Source: Laetmonice hystrix
Taxonomy: Eukaryota
Assembly (NCBI GenBank): GCA_965235115.1
Contig: OZ249445.1
Location: forward strand, 4,340,001-4,404,000
Length of the DNA: 64,000 nt
Direction of reading: 5' to 3'
Shown: positions 51,701-62,883 of the stretch, piece by piece
Numbering within the stretch: the first letter of the stretch is position 1
Layout of the letters: every line of letters begins with the position of its first letter
Made by a program: the position numbers and the translations under genes
Notes under the pieces: model-generated
Told to the model about the DNA's origin: nothing
Seen by the model: the letters and a program-made list of their open reading frames with translations, nothing else
Database searches by the model: none

Positions 51701-54700
51701 TTCCAGGCACCCTTCCATAATTGATTTTCTTAAAGGGTCCAAACACTGAAATAAACCGAAGCACATTCTGGCACACAGTGGTATGGATTTTTCCCGGCAC
51801 AAGTCGACATGGAAGTCTAGCCAAGGGGCAGGTGGCGAAGCCTTACACGTTATAGAACGACCGGAATCTAAGTGAGAAACCACGTTCAGCACGTCATACA
51901 TACCCTGCCATTTGATTGGTGCGCCTTTACTTAAGTCTAAGACGTCTGTCCAGGCACTGTATTCTCCAATTTTTACCAAACGTCCACCTGCAGCAGAGAA
52001 AGTCAAATCTGGTTTGTTTACCTGTATAGAATGGCTCTCCTCCCAGAATTAGCACGAACCCACTCAGGAACTTAATTGATGTGAAATACGTTATTTAGAT
52101 TTTTCAAATTGTTCTCAAATGGATCAACGGCACTGTTAAGAACCGGATGAGGCCATGTATTTGCTGTCAGTAGAAGCCTCTCATGGTGAATACTAAAACT
52201 AAAAGGTTTTCTGGGACGCTCTTTTCCAGTCGGCCCAGTAAATACAAAACCTATCAGGATACTGACCTTGAAATTGCTTGAAAACTATTTCACCCACGCG
52301 GTCCCCATTGTTGAAGAGCACACGCCCCTAAACAGAAATAAATTGTAATATAGATAACATAATCGAACGACCCAGGCAGCGAATAGAGCCATAGAGCCAC
52401 TGAGATAAATAAAATAAAACTCCTCCTGATGCTCACAGGAATGGAAATGCTCGCCAGGACGTGTATGCTCGGTCTAGTCCCACAAGTTTCCTTGTAAAAT
52501 CGAGGCACGTATATTAAAACGGCTGAGGCATGGCAGCATCGTTTACAGGTTAGGAAAATATATGAGAATAGTTACTTTCGGCAATTCTGTAAAAATAACT
52601 TTGGCGAGCTACAACTTTGAATAGATCTGTATAGATCAATACTTGATAAGCTTGAGTCCATAAACAAGCAGTATATAGAATTGGTAACAATAACGAAAAT
52701 CATGGCTAGTGCATTTTAATGCTTCTGATTCGAAGTGAGTGTACAATTAATGGCGTTCAGAGTACAGTTTGGATGCAGTTATGATGTTCCACACTTAGAA
52801 TTTTATGCTGTATAACCCATCATTACTGTTATCATTGTATAATTCATCACCATCGTTTTCGTTATATGTATAATTCATCATTGGCAGTGTTACATGTATT
52901 ATTTATGGCCTACCTTTTTTAAAAATCAACTGACGTTGTTATTATTGGTACGAGGTTAAAGGGTTATTTAGGAGTCTGTTTAGGAGCGGGGTAGTAATTT
53001 GTTTGGGGGGGGGGGGCAAAGATCAGCGATTCCTAATGCATCTCGCCCTCTAAATTAAAAAGTTATGCCCCCGCCCCCCCCCCCCCCCCCCGCAGCTGGG
53101 CCCAGACCGGTTGGTGGGAGTAGAAGCTAGGCGTGTATGCCCAGACTGGGAACCTCACCATTGCCAGCCTCAGGCCTATTTCACTGCATGGCAGCGACCC
53201 CCGGCTCATACAACCAATCCACTGTCAGAGTGAACGGCGCATCTTGATTCACTGCAAAATTCTACCCAGTCACCTCTGGGTTTGTGAGGTTCATTGATTG
53301 TGTCTCAGACTCGAAATGATGTTTAAAATGGGAAGTTCCCATTCTGTCCCCTAGCCTGGTTGGTTTGTGTAGCAGGTATCGGAAGCCGTATAGGCCTACC
53401 ACCAGAGTGGCGCTGTAAATGAAGCCTTAAATCTGTACCCAATTCACAATGGAGGTCAAACGATTCGGGAAACTACACGACGCTACAATCTGTGTGGTCC
53501 AGATCACGTGACCACGATCTAGGGGGAAGGGGTCCCCAACCACCAGGCGGTGCCACTAGTCTTACCGCGGAAGTCGTCATGCTGAAGAGGAGATGCAAAC
53601 TCACGAGTGGGAATTACCTCACCGAATACAACGTAACAGTGCTCGAAGACACGGGTACGAAAATGGCTGGTCTAAAAAACATTGGTGAGAGAAATGACTA
53701 TTCTAGGGGGAAAACACGTACCGTTACTCCCTGAAAATTAGTTTCGTTAAGAGCCATATGTATTCGATCACCCCGGAAGTCGCCAACGTCATAGTAACCT
53801 CCGTTCTGGTCTAAAATCTTTTGGATTGCGCGCGCAATCACCCAGACACCGTCGTAAGCGTAGCCGTGGAACTTGGAGTATTCCTTCCCACTTCGCATCT
53901 TGTAAAGCTCTTTGTATTCCCTCGGCGTCTGAAAGAAGACAAACAACGTGAGCGACGAAATAAGGAATCGACAGCTAACAACGTGCGCACGGAAGGAAAT
54001 GGTCATTGATGCGCCGGAAGTTGGAAAGTGAGACGGCTGATTGAAGAGTGCTTGTGGCAGACGAGGCAGCATCTGCCGCAGGCCGTCTCCCAGCCAATCA
54101 CCTGACCATCTCCCAGTCCACCTCCCGGCCGGCCCCAGGTCCACCAACCAGGGAACCGTCTCACAGTCCACCAACCGGCCAGCCCCCCCCCCCCGCCCCG
54201 CCCCACCAACCGGCGGACTGTCTCACAGCCCACCAACCGGCCAGCCCCGCCCCCCTCCCCGCCCCACCAACCAGGGAACCGTCTCACAGTCCACCAACCG
54301 GCCAGCCCCCCCCCCCGCCCCACCAACCAGGGAACCGTCTCACAGCCCACCAACCGGCCAGCCCCCCCCCGCCCCACCAACCAGGGAACCGTCTCACAGT
54401 CCACCAACCGCCGCCCGGCCCCTCGCCCGACCGTCCCCCAGTCCAGGTGCAGCGCCTGTGTCAAAATAGTTGCATGCCACAGACAGGAACGAGCAGGTGC
54501 AATCGGCTTCCCGAAAAGTTGTTTCATGGGTGTGAAAAACGCATTAAAAACAGTTCCGAAACAGAGGAAGTAAGGTTCTGTAAATTGGAAGCTACAGTTT
54601 TGAGCATTCATTTAGGAAACTGAACCAGTAGACCAGACGTTCTGATGGGCACTACTTCACAGAAAGTGACCAGTTGTTGTGGCAAACCTGAAGGGGGCGG

Positions 54701-57700
54701 GAACTGGGGAAGGCGAGGGCCAATTATGGGCGAGTATTTGGGGGGAGTGGGGAAACTTTCGAGGTCCATCAGGGAGGGTGAGGAACACCCAAGAACCAGA
54801 CCCTATGGTCTATCGCCTGCCCTTATATCTGAAGGGGGAATCTGTGGAGCCTCCCCCGGTCGATGCACCCTGAATCCAATCCTGAATACTTACGATTTTG
54901 GCGTCAGTCTTTTTATCACATGTACTGAGAGTGAGGACATCCGTTGCTATGTAACTTTCAAGTGCGCGTTCCATCTGTGCGTTTGTACACTTGGTGGTAG
55001 TGTCATTCGTTCTCCACCAGTAGTCGGGGTAGTCCCCTAACACCATCCACACGTGTTTAGGTCCCACCATCTTCTGGGCGATAGCCTACTTAATAAAAGG
55101 AAGGTTTATAAAGAGCTTTGATTATTTTACTATTGCTAGATATCTTTGGTGACAATTGTGAAATTATAGATATTCACAGTAATCAAACCCGCTTTATTCA
55201 AGACACAAGATTCACAATTAGTTATTGAGAGTGTTATCACTCTATTGACAAGCGTGAGTTATCCGTCCCCTCCCCACCCATTAAGATGAAATACAATCTT
55301 TCATTGTATTTCCATAAAAACTTCTCAAATGAAGAATAGAATATCATCGCGAACGCTAATTGAATAAACACTTGTTTAGAGAGCTGTAGAATGTGGGCTA
55401 ATGAGCATTTCATCCGACCTACCGCGCAGAAAACCTTCCGTGCCATCGTGGCGTCAAAGTTGCCAATTATGATTCGGATATCCTTTTGCTGAAAAGAGAA
55501 GGGAAGAATGGTGTGTGAGACTGAGAGCGACATCTACCGGACACTATTGGTGAGAATGGCGGATGTTTTCATATGAACGCCTGCGATGACGAACCAAACA
55601 AGACGCAGGGGGTGTACGCGTTCCTTGTTAGACGATTTCACGGCAGTGGACTCTGCGAAACAGTTTATGCTTAGTAAGTCCTTCATTCAAGGAGAAATCG
55701 CAATTGTATAGGGGGAGACTTGGGTGTGCAGACGGACACATCATGTGTGTAATTGAAATGCAACTCTGACCCCGTCGGAATCTTTCAATTCCATGGGGAT
55801 CAGACAGGAAGTCGTGCTTGGAGACGGCCTGCAGGAAGGTCATTGAGATGTCTACCGCATTCTAGGCCCTGATGGCAGGCCGGTACCAGGGGCAGGGGTG
55901 TCATTCTCGGCCCTGATAGCAGGACGGTACCAGGGACAGGGGTGTCATTCTCGGCCATGATAGCAGGACGGTACCAGGGGCAGGGGTGTCATTCTAGGCC
56001 CTGATGGCAGGCCGGTACCAGGGGCAGGGGTGTCATTCTCGGCCCTGATAGCAGGACGGTACCAGGGACAGGGGTGTCATTCTCGGCCCTGATAGTAGGA
56101 CAGTACCAGGGACAGGGGTGTCATTCTAGGCCCTGATAGCAGGGCGGTACCAGTGACAGGGGTGTCATTCTCGGCCCTGATAGCAAGACGGTACCAGGGA
56201 CAGGGGTGTCATTCTCGGCCCTGATAGCAGGACAGTACCAGGGACAGGGGTGTCATTCTATAGCAGGACGGTACCAGGGGCAGGGGTGTCATTCTAGGCC
56301 CTGATAGCAGGGCGGTACCAGGGACAGGGGTGTCATTCTCGGCCCTGATAGTAGGACAGTACCAGGGACAGGGGTGTCATTCTCGGCCCTGATAGCAGGA
56401 CGGTACCAGGGACAGGGGTGTCATTCTCGGCCATGATAGCAGGACGGTACCAGGGACAGGGGTGTCATTCTAGGCCCTGATAGCAGGACGGTACCAGGGA
56501 CAGGGTGTCATTCTCGGCCCTGATAGCAGGACGGTACCAGTGACAGGGGTGTCATTCTCGGCCCTGATAGCAGGACGGTACCAGGGACAGGGGTGTCATT
56601 CTCGGCCCTGATAGCAGGACGGTACCAGGGACAGGGGTGTCATTCTCGGCCCTGATAGCAGGACGGTACCAGGGACAGGGGTGTCATTCTCGGCCCTGAT
56701 AGCAGGACGGTACCAGGGACAGGGGTGTCATTCTAGGCCCTGATGGCAGGCCGGTACCAGGGACAGGGGTGTTATTCTATAGCAGGCCGGTACCAGGGAC
56801 AGGGGTGTTATTCTATAGCAGGACGGTACCAGGGACAGGGGTGTCATTCTCGGCCCTGATAGCAGGACGGTACCAGGGACAGGGGTGTCATTCTCGGCCC
56901 TGATGGCAGGCCGGTACCAGGGGCAGGGTGTCATTCTCGGCCCTGATAGCAGGACGGTACCAGGGACAGGGTGTCTAGACTCTCACACATACACACACCC
57001 CTTCAAGTAGTTCCCGGAGACCACTGTCTCCGACATGGCGGCCCCACTTCCGGTGCACTCCCACATGACTCTCCAAGGACAGACCGGCGGAGGTCGGGAG
57101 ATTTCCAGTACAGGTATTTGTCGAAGTGACAACATGCGATTCTCTAATCGCCTTCCAATTAGTTGAGCGGGTCTGACTGACTGGTGACGCCACTCTCGAC
57201 ATGTGTTGGCGACTCGTCACCTGGCACCAGGACGGACCTGCACCTGCGGTCGTGGTCAGATGGATTGGCTGAAAGTAACTGCCCTCTAGTGGCGACGGTA
57301 TATAGACGGAGGTATGGGTGATATTTAGCTTGCAGCCGAACGTGACTGCTCCAGTTGACAATGGTCATCGAGTCTCGGGATCCGAAACTGGTCCAATTAA
57401 AAGTGTGTCACGATACCGATACGAGACTGTAAACATCCTACACAACATTAAACGTGCATTGAAGTAAAAGGAATCTTGCTGCTGGGTGCTAATGCTCCAG
57501 GAGTCATGCCCAGGCTCAGCATGTGAGTTTTCTGAGACCAGGTGCATTGCACTTTTTGAGGCCGGATGTAACACAGAAACATGGGGAATGGCCGATGATT
57601 ACAAGCGTCCAGAGTCAGGTGGTGAACGTTGTATTGTTGGGCCATCAATAATAAATGATGGACGGTTACATATATGGCCGGTAGTGATCGTGCAAGGCTG

Positions 57701-60446
57701 GCATGCACGATTGTCCGATTCCCGGGAGGAAATCTGAGGATGAACTAATAATAAGGAAACCATGTCCCGGAGCTGGAGCCACCTGCCGGGTTTAGTGTAA
57801 CTTTCTAATAGCCGTGAGGGAGGTATGAAATCGAAGGGTTATTACATTAAATGCGGAGGGCTCGACTGTCCTGGAGAAGGCGGGGTGGAGAGGATCGGGT
57901 TGCCTCCAGAACGGAATGAGGATGGTATAGAGACTGGAGCGATCCTGCTCCTCCAGTACTCCACACTGGTGAACGCTTCCAGAGCTGTGTGTTTGTGTGG
58001 AGGGAGATGACTTATTTATGATTGAGAAGTCTCCTGAGTATACTGGCACCCATCAACAAGTCCCAGCAGTGCACGACTCGGATGGAATCAAAGTAAAACA
58101 AATACAAAGTTTGGATGTACAGCCATGTCGTGACCAATTATGGCAATGCGAGACACATAAAGCATTCCTCGTTATCTGTATATAGACGTATCGATACCTA
58201 CGACATTAGGCCGGTCATTACCAGTGTCCTGATGGTGAAACAATAGCACACATATCAACTGCCAGGAATGATATAGCTACATGTCATTCCATACTCTATG
58301 GATGTATAGCCATAGTTTAGTCTGTGTGGTCAAGGACTACCAGACCCTTATTACAGGAGAGTCGCGGCTAACATACGAAACGCTAACAGAGAACAGATCA
58401 TTTCTCGGATATCTACAGTATTTTTGCAATCGTTTTTATATTAAAAAGGTAATTTCCTTTAGCCTCTGTCGTCTATATCGCCTGATGAGTCCTATAAAAT
58501 ATATTTAGAACCGATAAATTCCTCTAAGATTCCACACGCACTTGGAGACGGACCAGCGGTGCCCGCCATGTGTTTGAATTAGTCCCATAATGTGTTTACC
58601 GTTGCGTAAATACGTTTTCAGTAGCCAGGACAAAACACCAATCGGCCATTACGACGCGCCACAGTGCATTATACGTTGCCTGTGTCTCAGTGGTAAAACA
58701 CATCGAGTTTTATTTAATATTTCAATGTATCGGCAAACATGCATAACATTAGAGGTGACAGGTCTGTCAAGTGGGTTGCGTGATCTGCGCCACAGGACAA
58801 TGGATCAACCTGGAGAACGGTTGGAGCTCGCACTCGAGTTCCTGGCTTCGTCTAGCCTTCATGTGACAAGAGACATTATGTGCTGCGATGTTAGCAACTG
58901 TTGTCAAACACAATGGGTCTATGTGAACGCGAAGCCGAGGGTTGCTGGGGAGGGGGGGGGGGGGGTGCAGCAGAGGATTAGGCTACATACAGTTCCTCTA
59001 TGGTTTTTTTTTGAGGTAGTTGTAGTTGTAAGTAAAATCAGTCGGCGGAGAGCATCCGAACTTTTATGGAGGACTTGATTAACGGTTCTTTATGTAAACG
59101 AAAGCTCGGCCTGTGTACACCTGATACTGTGTACACCTCATTCTTATTTACTGTCCCCACAAGCAATGTAAGAACAATATCGTGCGAGCTAACCCCGCCA
59201 TAAAGTGCACAAATGCCAGACTGTGGCTTGAATAATGTATGCCAACAATGGAAACGAATGATTTTTTTTAACACTCAGCAGCACAGGTGAGAGCTGAGCT
59301 CCCAGTTCTATGGTGAGGGGACAGTGAGTGACTTTCTGTCATGTCGGCAGTCCTGTCTGTAATGGGACCACTTTAGTACATCACGGGTGCAGGTACGATT
59401 GTAAACCCACCACACTGTATGTTAAAATTGGTGCTTATTTACAAAGTGCATTCATTCAGTGAGTTCAGAAGTTAAGGCTCTGGGCCCGGTTTTTTTGTTT
59501 ATTTTTCCACCGAGAGCAAGGGGGAGCTGAGCTGAGCAAGGGTGAGCATGAGCTCATTCTCACCATTTTCTTGGTTTTTTTTGGTTACTTTTTTTTCCAT
59601 GAGGCGTGCTCATGGTGAGCAAGCTCGCGGAAAAACACCACAAAAAACGAAAACAGTGAGCAAAACAGTGAGCATGAGCTTCTGCTCACCCTTGCTCAGC
59701 TCAGCTCACCCTTGCTCACGGTGGAAAAGTAAACAAAAAAAACCGGGCCCTGATCTACTCTCCCAGTCCTATGAAGTAGACCCGTAATGTTGCAGTAAAA
59801 ATGGATAAGTTTCTCCTGGGAAAGATATCACATTGGAGCATGGCTTGAGTGGCCAATGCCAGGAGGCTGAGGAAGTGTTGGCTCTGAACCCTGGAGGAGG
59901 ACGTTGTGAAGGGCGGCAGGCCCTGAAGCCGTGATCGGTGGTGGTCTGAGCCCCACGTACCCATGTGATTAACCAACTACAGCGTCCGTCACACCCAACA
60001 ACGCTCTGCTCTCTAACCCGAGGTAGTGGAGGAGCACTAACCCAGCCACGAGCTACCAGAGACGTCAGCAAACAGTCGTCATTCTCACACAAAGGAAATA
60101 CAGTGGGCCTACTAGTAGTTTGGCCCATGTAGAAGTAACCAAGCTTATTAACGTCTAGGGTATTTTATGAATACGGATTGGAGAGCAGTTATGGGTCTAA
60201 GAAGGAGAGCAAATTTATGTGTGGAGCGAAAGTGGCTTCAGGTAGAGAGAACAGAAGGACCACAATAGTAACCTTTTACTGGAAACACCCTGTACTTTTA
60301 CAAACTGTAACAGATCGTACAGAAAATGTGATAAAAACTTAACCAACCTTCAGGTTTGTTAACGCTGGCTTGGGATCGTCGGCAAAACTTTCCATCTCCC
60401 GGTCGATGCCATATTTGTCCAGCAGGTCCACCAGCTTGTTGTGCGC
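27710..60446 (-). CDS. GABBR2: GABA-B receptor subunit 2 (class C GPCR), 3' part; N-terminal exons lie beyond position 64000
   Basis: 17 phase-consistent exons (minus strand): 60348-60446, 55423-55488 ([22 protein letters not shown]), 54894-55085, 53722-53928 ([13 protein letters not shown]), 52267-52327, 51904-51987, 48878-49028 (TM1), 48082-48214 ([16 protein letters not shown]2), 44890-44997 ([12 protein letters not shown]3), 44366-44488 (TM4), 42383-42493 ([10 protein letters not shown]5), 39846-40070 ([23 protein letters not shown]6-7), 37180-37335 (coiled coil), 32612-32780, 31714-31849, 31454-31618, 30338-30489, plus terminal exon 27710-28092. The motifs fit the R2 subunit rather than R1. 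Confidence 0.95.
32330..32486. mobile_element. Degenerate partial copy (right end) of the TTAA MITE family
   Basis: aattttaaaatggtgttgctg...ggtaa...aggaattt...tgccgct|TTAA resembles the right TIR of the 2442 and 26446 copies. Confidence 0.45.
34201..34375. mobile_element. hAT-like MITE with CAGTGGCGGATC-type termini and internal poly-G/poly-C tracts
   Basis: Left end CATGAGCGGATCCAGG; right end GATCCGCCACTG. Related fragments occur at about 37430-37490 (reverse), about 24830 and about 22590. The 8-bp TSD is not intact. Confidence 0.55.
35915..36485. mobile_element. Degenerate inverted-repeat element (unclassified MITE)
   Basis: Arms 35915-35972 and 36419-36485 are inverted. CCTCGGGTGAAATAGGCGCCATT vs AATGGCGCCCATTTCACCCGAGG match at 22 of 23 positions, and cattcgggaatcctcgg pairs with ccgagggaatcccgaatg. 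Confidence 0.6.
38753..39750. repeat. C-rich minisatellite, about 75-bp unit, about 13 copies, variable poly-C tract
   Basis: Unit AAACTTATCCCTACCCATAACCCTGTCCCTATAACCTCTTCCACCAACCCCATTCCCCAGA(C)nT. Confidence 0.95.
40882..41119. repeat. Tandem duplication of about 124 bp (2 copies)
   Basis: ACGAGGAGCAAATTCTGCGATTTCCAGG...GTAAATCGTAAGAAAT.TAGGGATGTGA at 40882 and 41006, with few mismatches. Confidence 0.9.
43602..43943. mobile_element. Probable degenerate hAT-like non-autonomous element
   Basis: Starts CAGGGTTC and ends GTGGGAACTATTG (degenerate inverted end), with repeated internal AAAAG(G)TCATG(G/A)AATTT motifs. Confidence 0.35.
45872..46443. repeat. 31-bp minisatellite, about 18 copies, CCAAT-box rich
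   Basis: Unit CAACTAACGGCAGCCAATCAGAGACAACCGA. CCAAT positions recur every 31 bp from 45900 to 46427. Confidence 0.95.
47995..48048. repeat. (CACT/CATT)n imperfect microsatellite
   Basis: ctcactcactcattcacttattcactcactcaatcaatcactcactca, next to the donor of the TM2 exon. Confidence 0.7.
54141..54411. repeat. C-rich minisatellite, 55-63-bp unit, about 5 copies
   Basis: Unit CCACCAACCAGGGAACCGTCTCACAGTCCACCAACCGGCCAG(C)nG. It explains the Pro-rich and Gly-rich ORFs at 54003-54623. Confidence 0.92.
55858..56974. repeat. 44-bp minisatellite, about 25 copies
   Basis: Unit CTCGGCCCTGATAGCAGGACGGTACCAGGGACAGGGGTGTCATT, with recurrent variants (CTAGG.., ATGGCAGGCC, and shortened units lacking GGCCCTG). 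Confidence 0.97.
59483..59749. mobile_element. PIF/Harbinger-like MITE in a GABBR2 intron
   Basis: TIR GGCCCGGTTTTTTTGTTTA(T/C)TTTTCCACCG with subterminal GAGCTGAGCTGAGCAAGGGTGAGCA inverted repeats, flanked by a CTG duplication at 59480-59482 and 59750-59752. Confidence 0.85.
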
Positions 60447-62736
60447 CTGAACAAAGAGGAAGCATACAATGTGTAGTGGGAAACACATACTGCGATCAAA
60501 GCCAAGAGATCTCAGGCTGAGATATCAGGATGGTACTATCTGAGCCATGAATGATGATGGTAACAAATACCGCAATAAAACAGGCCAAGGGCAACCAGAG
60601 ACTTCAGTAACCTTACTGACTATCTGTTTGGGGACATGACTTTGGTGTCTGTGTGTTTGGGGTGGGTATCTGTCCTTTAGGAAGTGTAATAGGTATAGTG
60701 GTGGGAAAACTTCCAGCCCCGTTCCTGGCACTCCAACACATAGGAGGTGACCCACAGGGACCTGTATTTTCATCAAGGTTCGTCTGGGTTATTTCCCAGT
60801 GGTAATAGCCCTACAAACCTGAGTATAGTGGCAGGGATAGGGAGAACCTATTGAGGAGGTGTGGGGACCCGGGGTAGGGGTGAGGGCTGGGTTTAGGACT
60901 GGGATTGGTGATGGATTGTTAGTTCATGACATGATTTCATGGAGGCGCACCATTGAGATCGATATCTTGGTGTGACACCCCACCGCGCCCCATCACGGTC
61001 ATTGACTGTCAGACAGCTGCAGGTTAACTGGTTTGAGTCGCCAGGATGTAGAGCTAGCCTTGGGTACAGTGTACAGCCCTGCTCCAGACGGCGGACCACC
61101 GTCTGAAGGCTGACATTGACCCCAGCTAGGCTGACATTGACCCCAGCTCCATCCGTACAAGAGCAATCTCTCACGGTTCAAGTGCAACTAATCACTTTTT
61201 GAACATTGATTCTGCAACAACCATGGTTTACAGCGCACCTGAAAATTAGCTGAGCCATATTTAGAGTCAGCTGTCGTGCTTTTGACTCAAAGACAAGGTA
61301 CACTTTCTCAACAGTACCTTCCCATCGAGGCAAACCGAAGAGAGGGATTCTTATTTGACCCGACTTGCAGACATGGACTGGCTTCTCAACAGAAGCGAAT
61401 GGTTTCTCAGCAGGGACGGATATGAATCAGGGAATGCCAAAGGTCCCAGTTGTCGGCTGCGTACATGAACGCATGCCATAGTCAAATTCTACTAAGTGAC
61501 CACATTGATTATGGGAAAATACCCTGACATGAAATATTGATGGTGATCAGCGTCGACATTGTAGTGTTTAGGTGATTTGAATACGAGGATATGATATCGG
61601 GTGAGGTAGGAGCGAAATCACGCAAGTTGTTAATTATGAGACGGGCCCCGTAAAGGCGACAACCATCCGGATGTGGTGCAGCACCTGAGAGCAGCGGTGT
61701 TATTTGAGTTTTGGAATAACGCAATTCAATCAAATCATGTTAGCCGATATAAAGGCCCCTCGCAGGTAAACATGCTATCGGCTTATTAAAGAAATTAAAT
61801 TTAATAGACTAATATAGGTGTACCCCAAACCCAGCGGCTGCATGAAGAAACATGCAATGTTATTTAGACAATGGCTGTTTCTAGATAATTTTTGACAGAG
61901 TTCTCGCATGAATGGGTGAGATTGTTCAGTTACTGCACTCGACTGTAGAGATCCGCGCGAAGTGCGGCCGGGTGTGATCGGCTGTGTTGATGAGGCCCAC
62001 AGACCAGCGCGTATTAATTTTCCCCCATAGTCAAAATACTTCCGTCTAAGCACATGCAACAAAAACGGCATGGAGATTTCGGTAGAGAATCCTGGTGAAG
62101 GTCCGGCTGTCCGGGAAACTGGCAGACTTAATCCGGTCTCCACAACTCACCGCTTCATCTTAAGACAATTACAGCTGTCGGATTAATAGTAAAAGGAACC
62201 AAAAGTCTAGTCTCATTTTCCCTCAACCAATCCTAAGTAAGCACATTTCCTAGTTACATGCGTAAAGGCCGCTTTCAACGCAGTCCCGCTCAAGTGAATA
62301 AGCGATAGCTGTCAATGGGAAAGAACCTAATTTCCTCGGTGATAGGACAGGATGTAATGACTACTAGTCTCGTTATCGTTTATGCCGATGGCCCTATTTC
62401 CTCTGAGTTCCTGCCTCAGGATCCGAGCTGAATGTTAAAGCTACTTGTGGTAATTAGCTTTAACCGCTCCTAACTGATTACTTCACAAAGGGTTCCTCTT
62501 AAACTCACCGTGTTCTATTTTAGCTGAGACTTGCTAAAAGTCTCCTGAAGTCTGGCCTGCGGCTTCTCATATTTTATTATTTACTTTGCATGTGCTCTTT
62601 ATTTATTTATTTATTTATTTCCGAGTTTGCCATCAGAACACGCACACGTGCGGAGCATAATAAAATCTCAATGTTATCCAATTAGGTCGTAACGACGAGC
62701 ACTTTTATATGTGTCTCTAATCATATCGGAAAAATG

Positions 62737-62883
62737 TCTCAGTCGGGGCCTTTACGGTCTCAGTCGGGGCCTTTACGGTCTCAGTCGGGGCCTTTACGGT
62801 CTCAGTCGGGGCCTTTACGGTCTCAGTCGGGGCCTTTACGGTCTCAGTCGGGGCCTTTACGGTTTCAGTCGGGGCCTTTACGG
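62737..62883. repeat. 21-bp minisatellite, 7 copies
   Basis: (TCTCAGTCGGGGCCTTTACGG)x7 with one T/C variant. It produces the GLYGLSR, VKAPTET and SQSGPLR repeat ORFs. Confidence 0.97.

Noticed and set aside
50657-51824. ORFs of 125 and 150 aa (CxxC-containing; transposase-like guess)
   Set aside because: No DDE or zinc-finger signature beyond an isolated CxxC, and no usable splice context.
54003-54623. Long Pro-rich and Gly-rich ORFs (up to 202 aa)
   Set aside because: They coincide with the C-rich minisatellite and are open in several frames on both strands, so they are repeat artefacts.
58590-59078. 162-aa plus-strand ORF
   Set aside because: It includes poly-G and poly-T runs, has no recognisable domain, and is antisense within a GABBR2 intron.
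38753-62883. Tandem arrays as CRISPR-like loci
   Set aside because: Units are directly adjacent with no unique spacers, there are no cas genes, and the context is eukaryotic introns.
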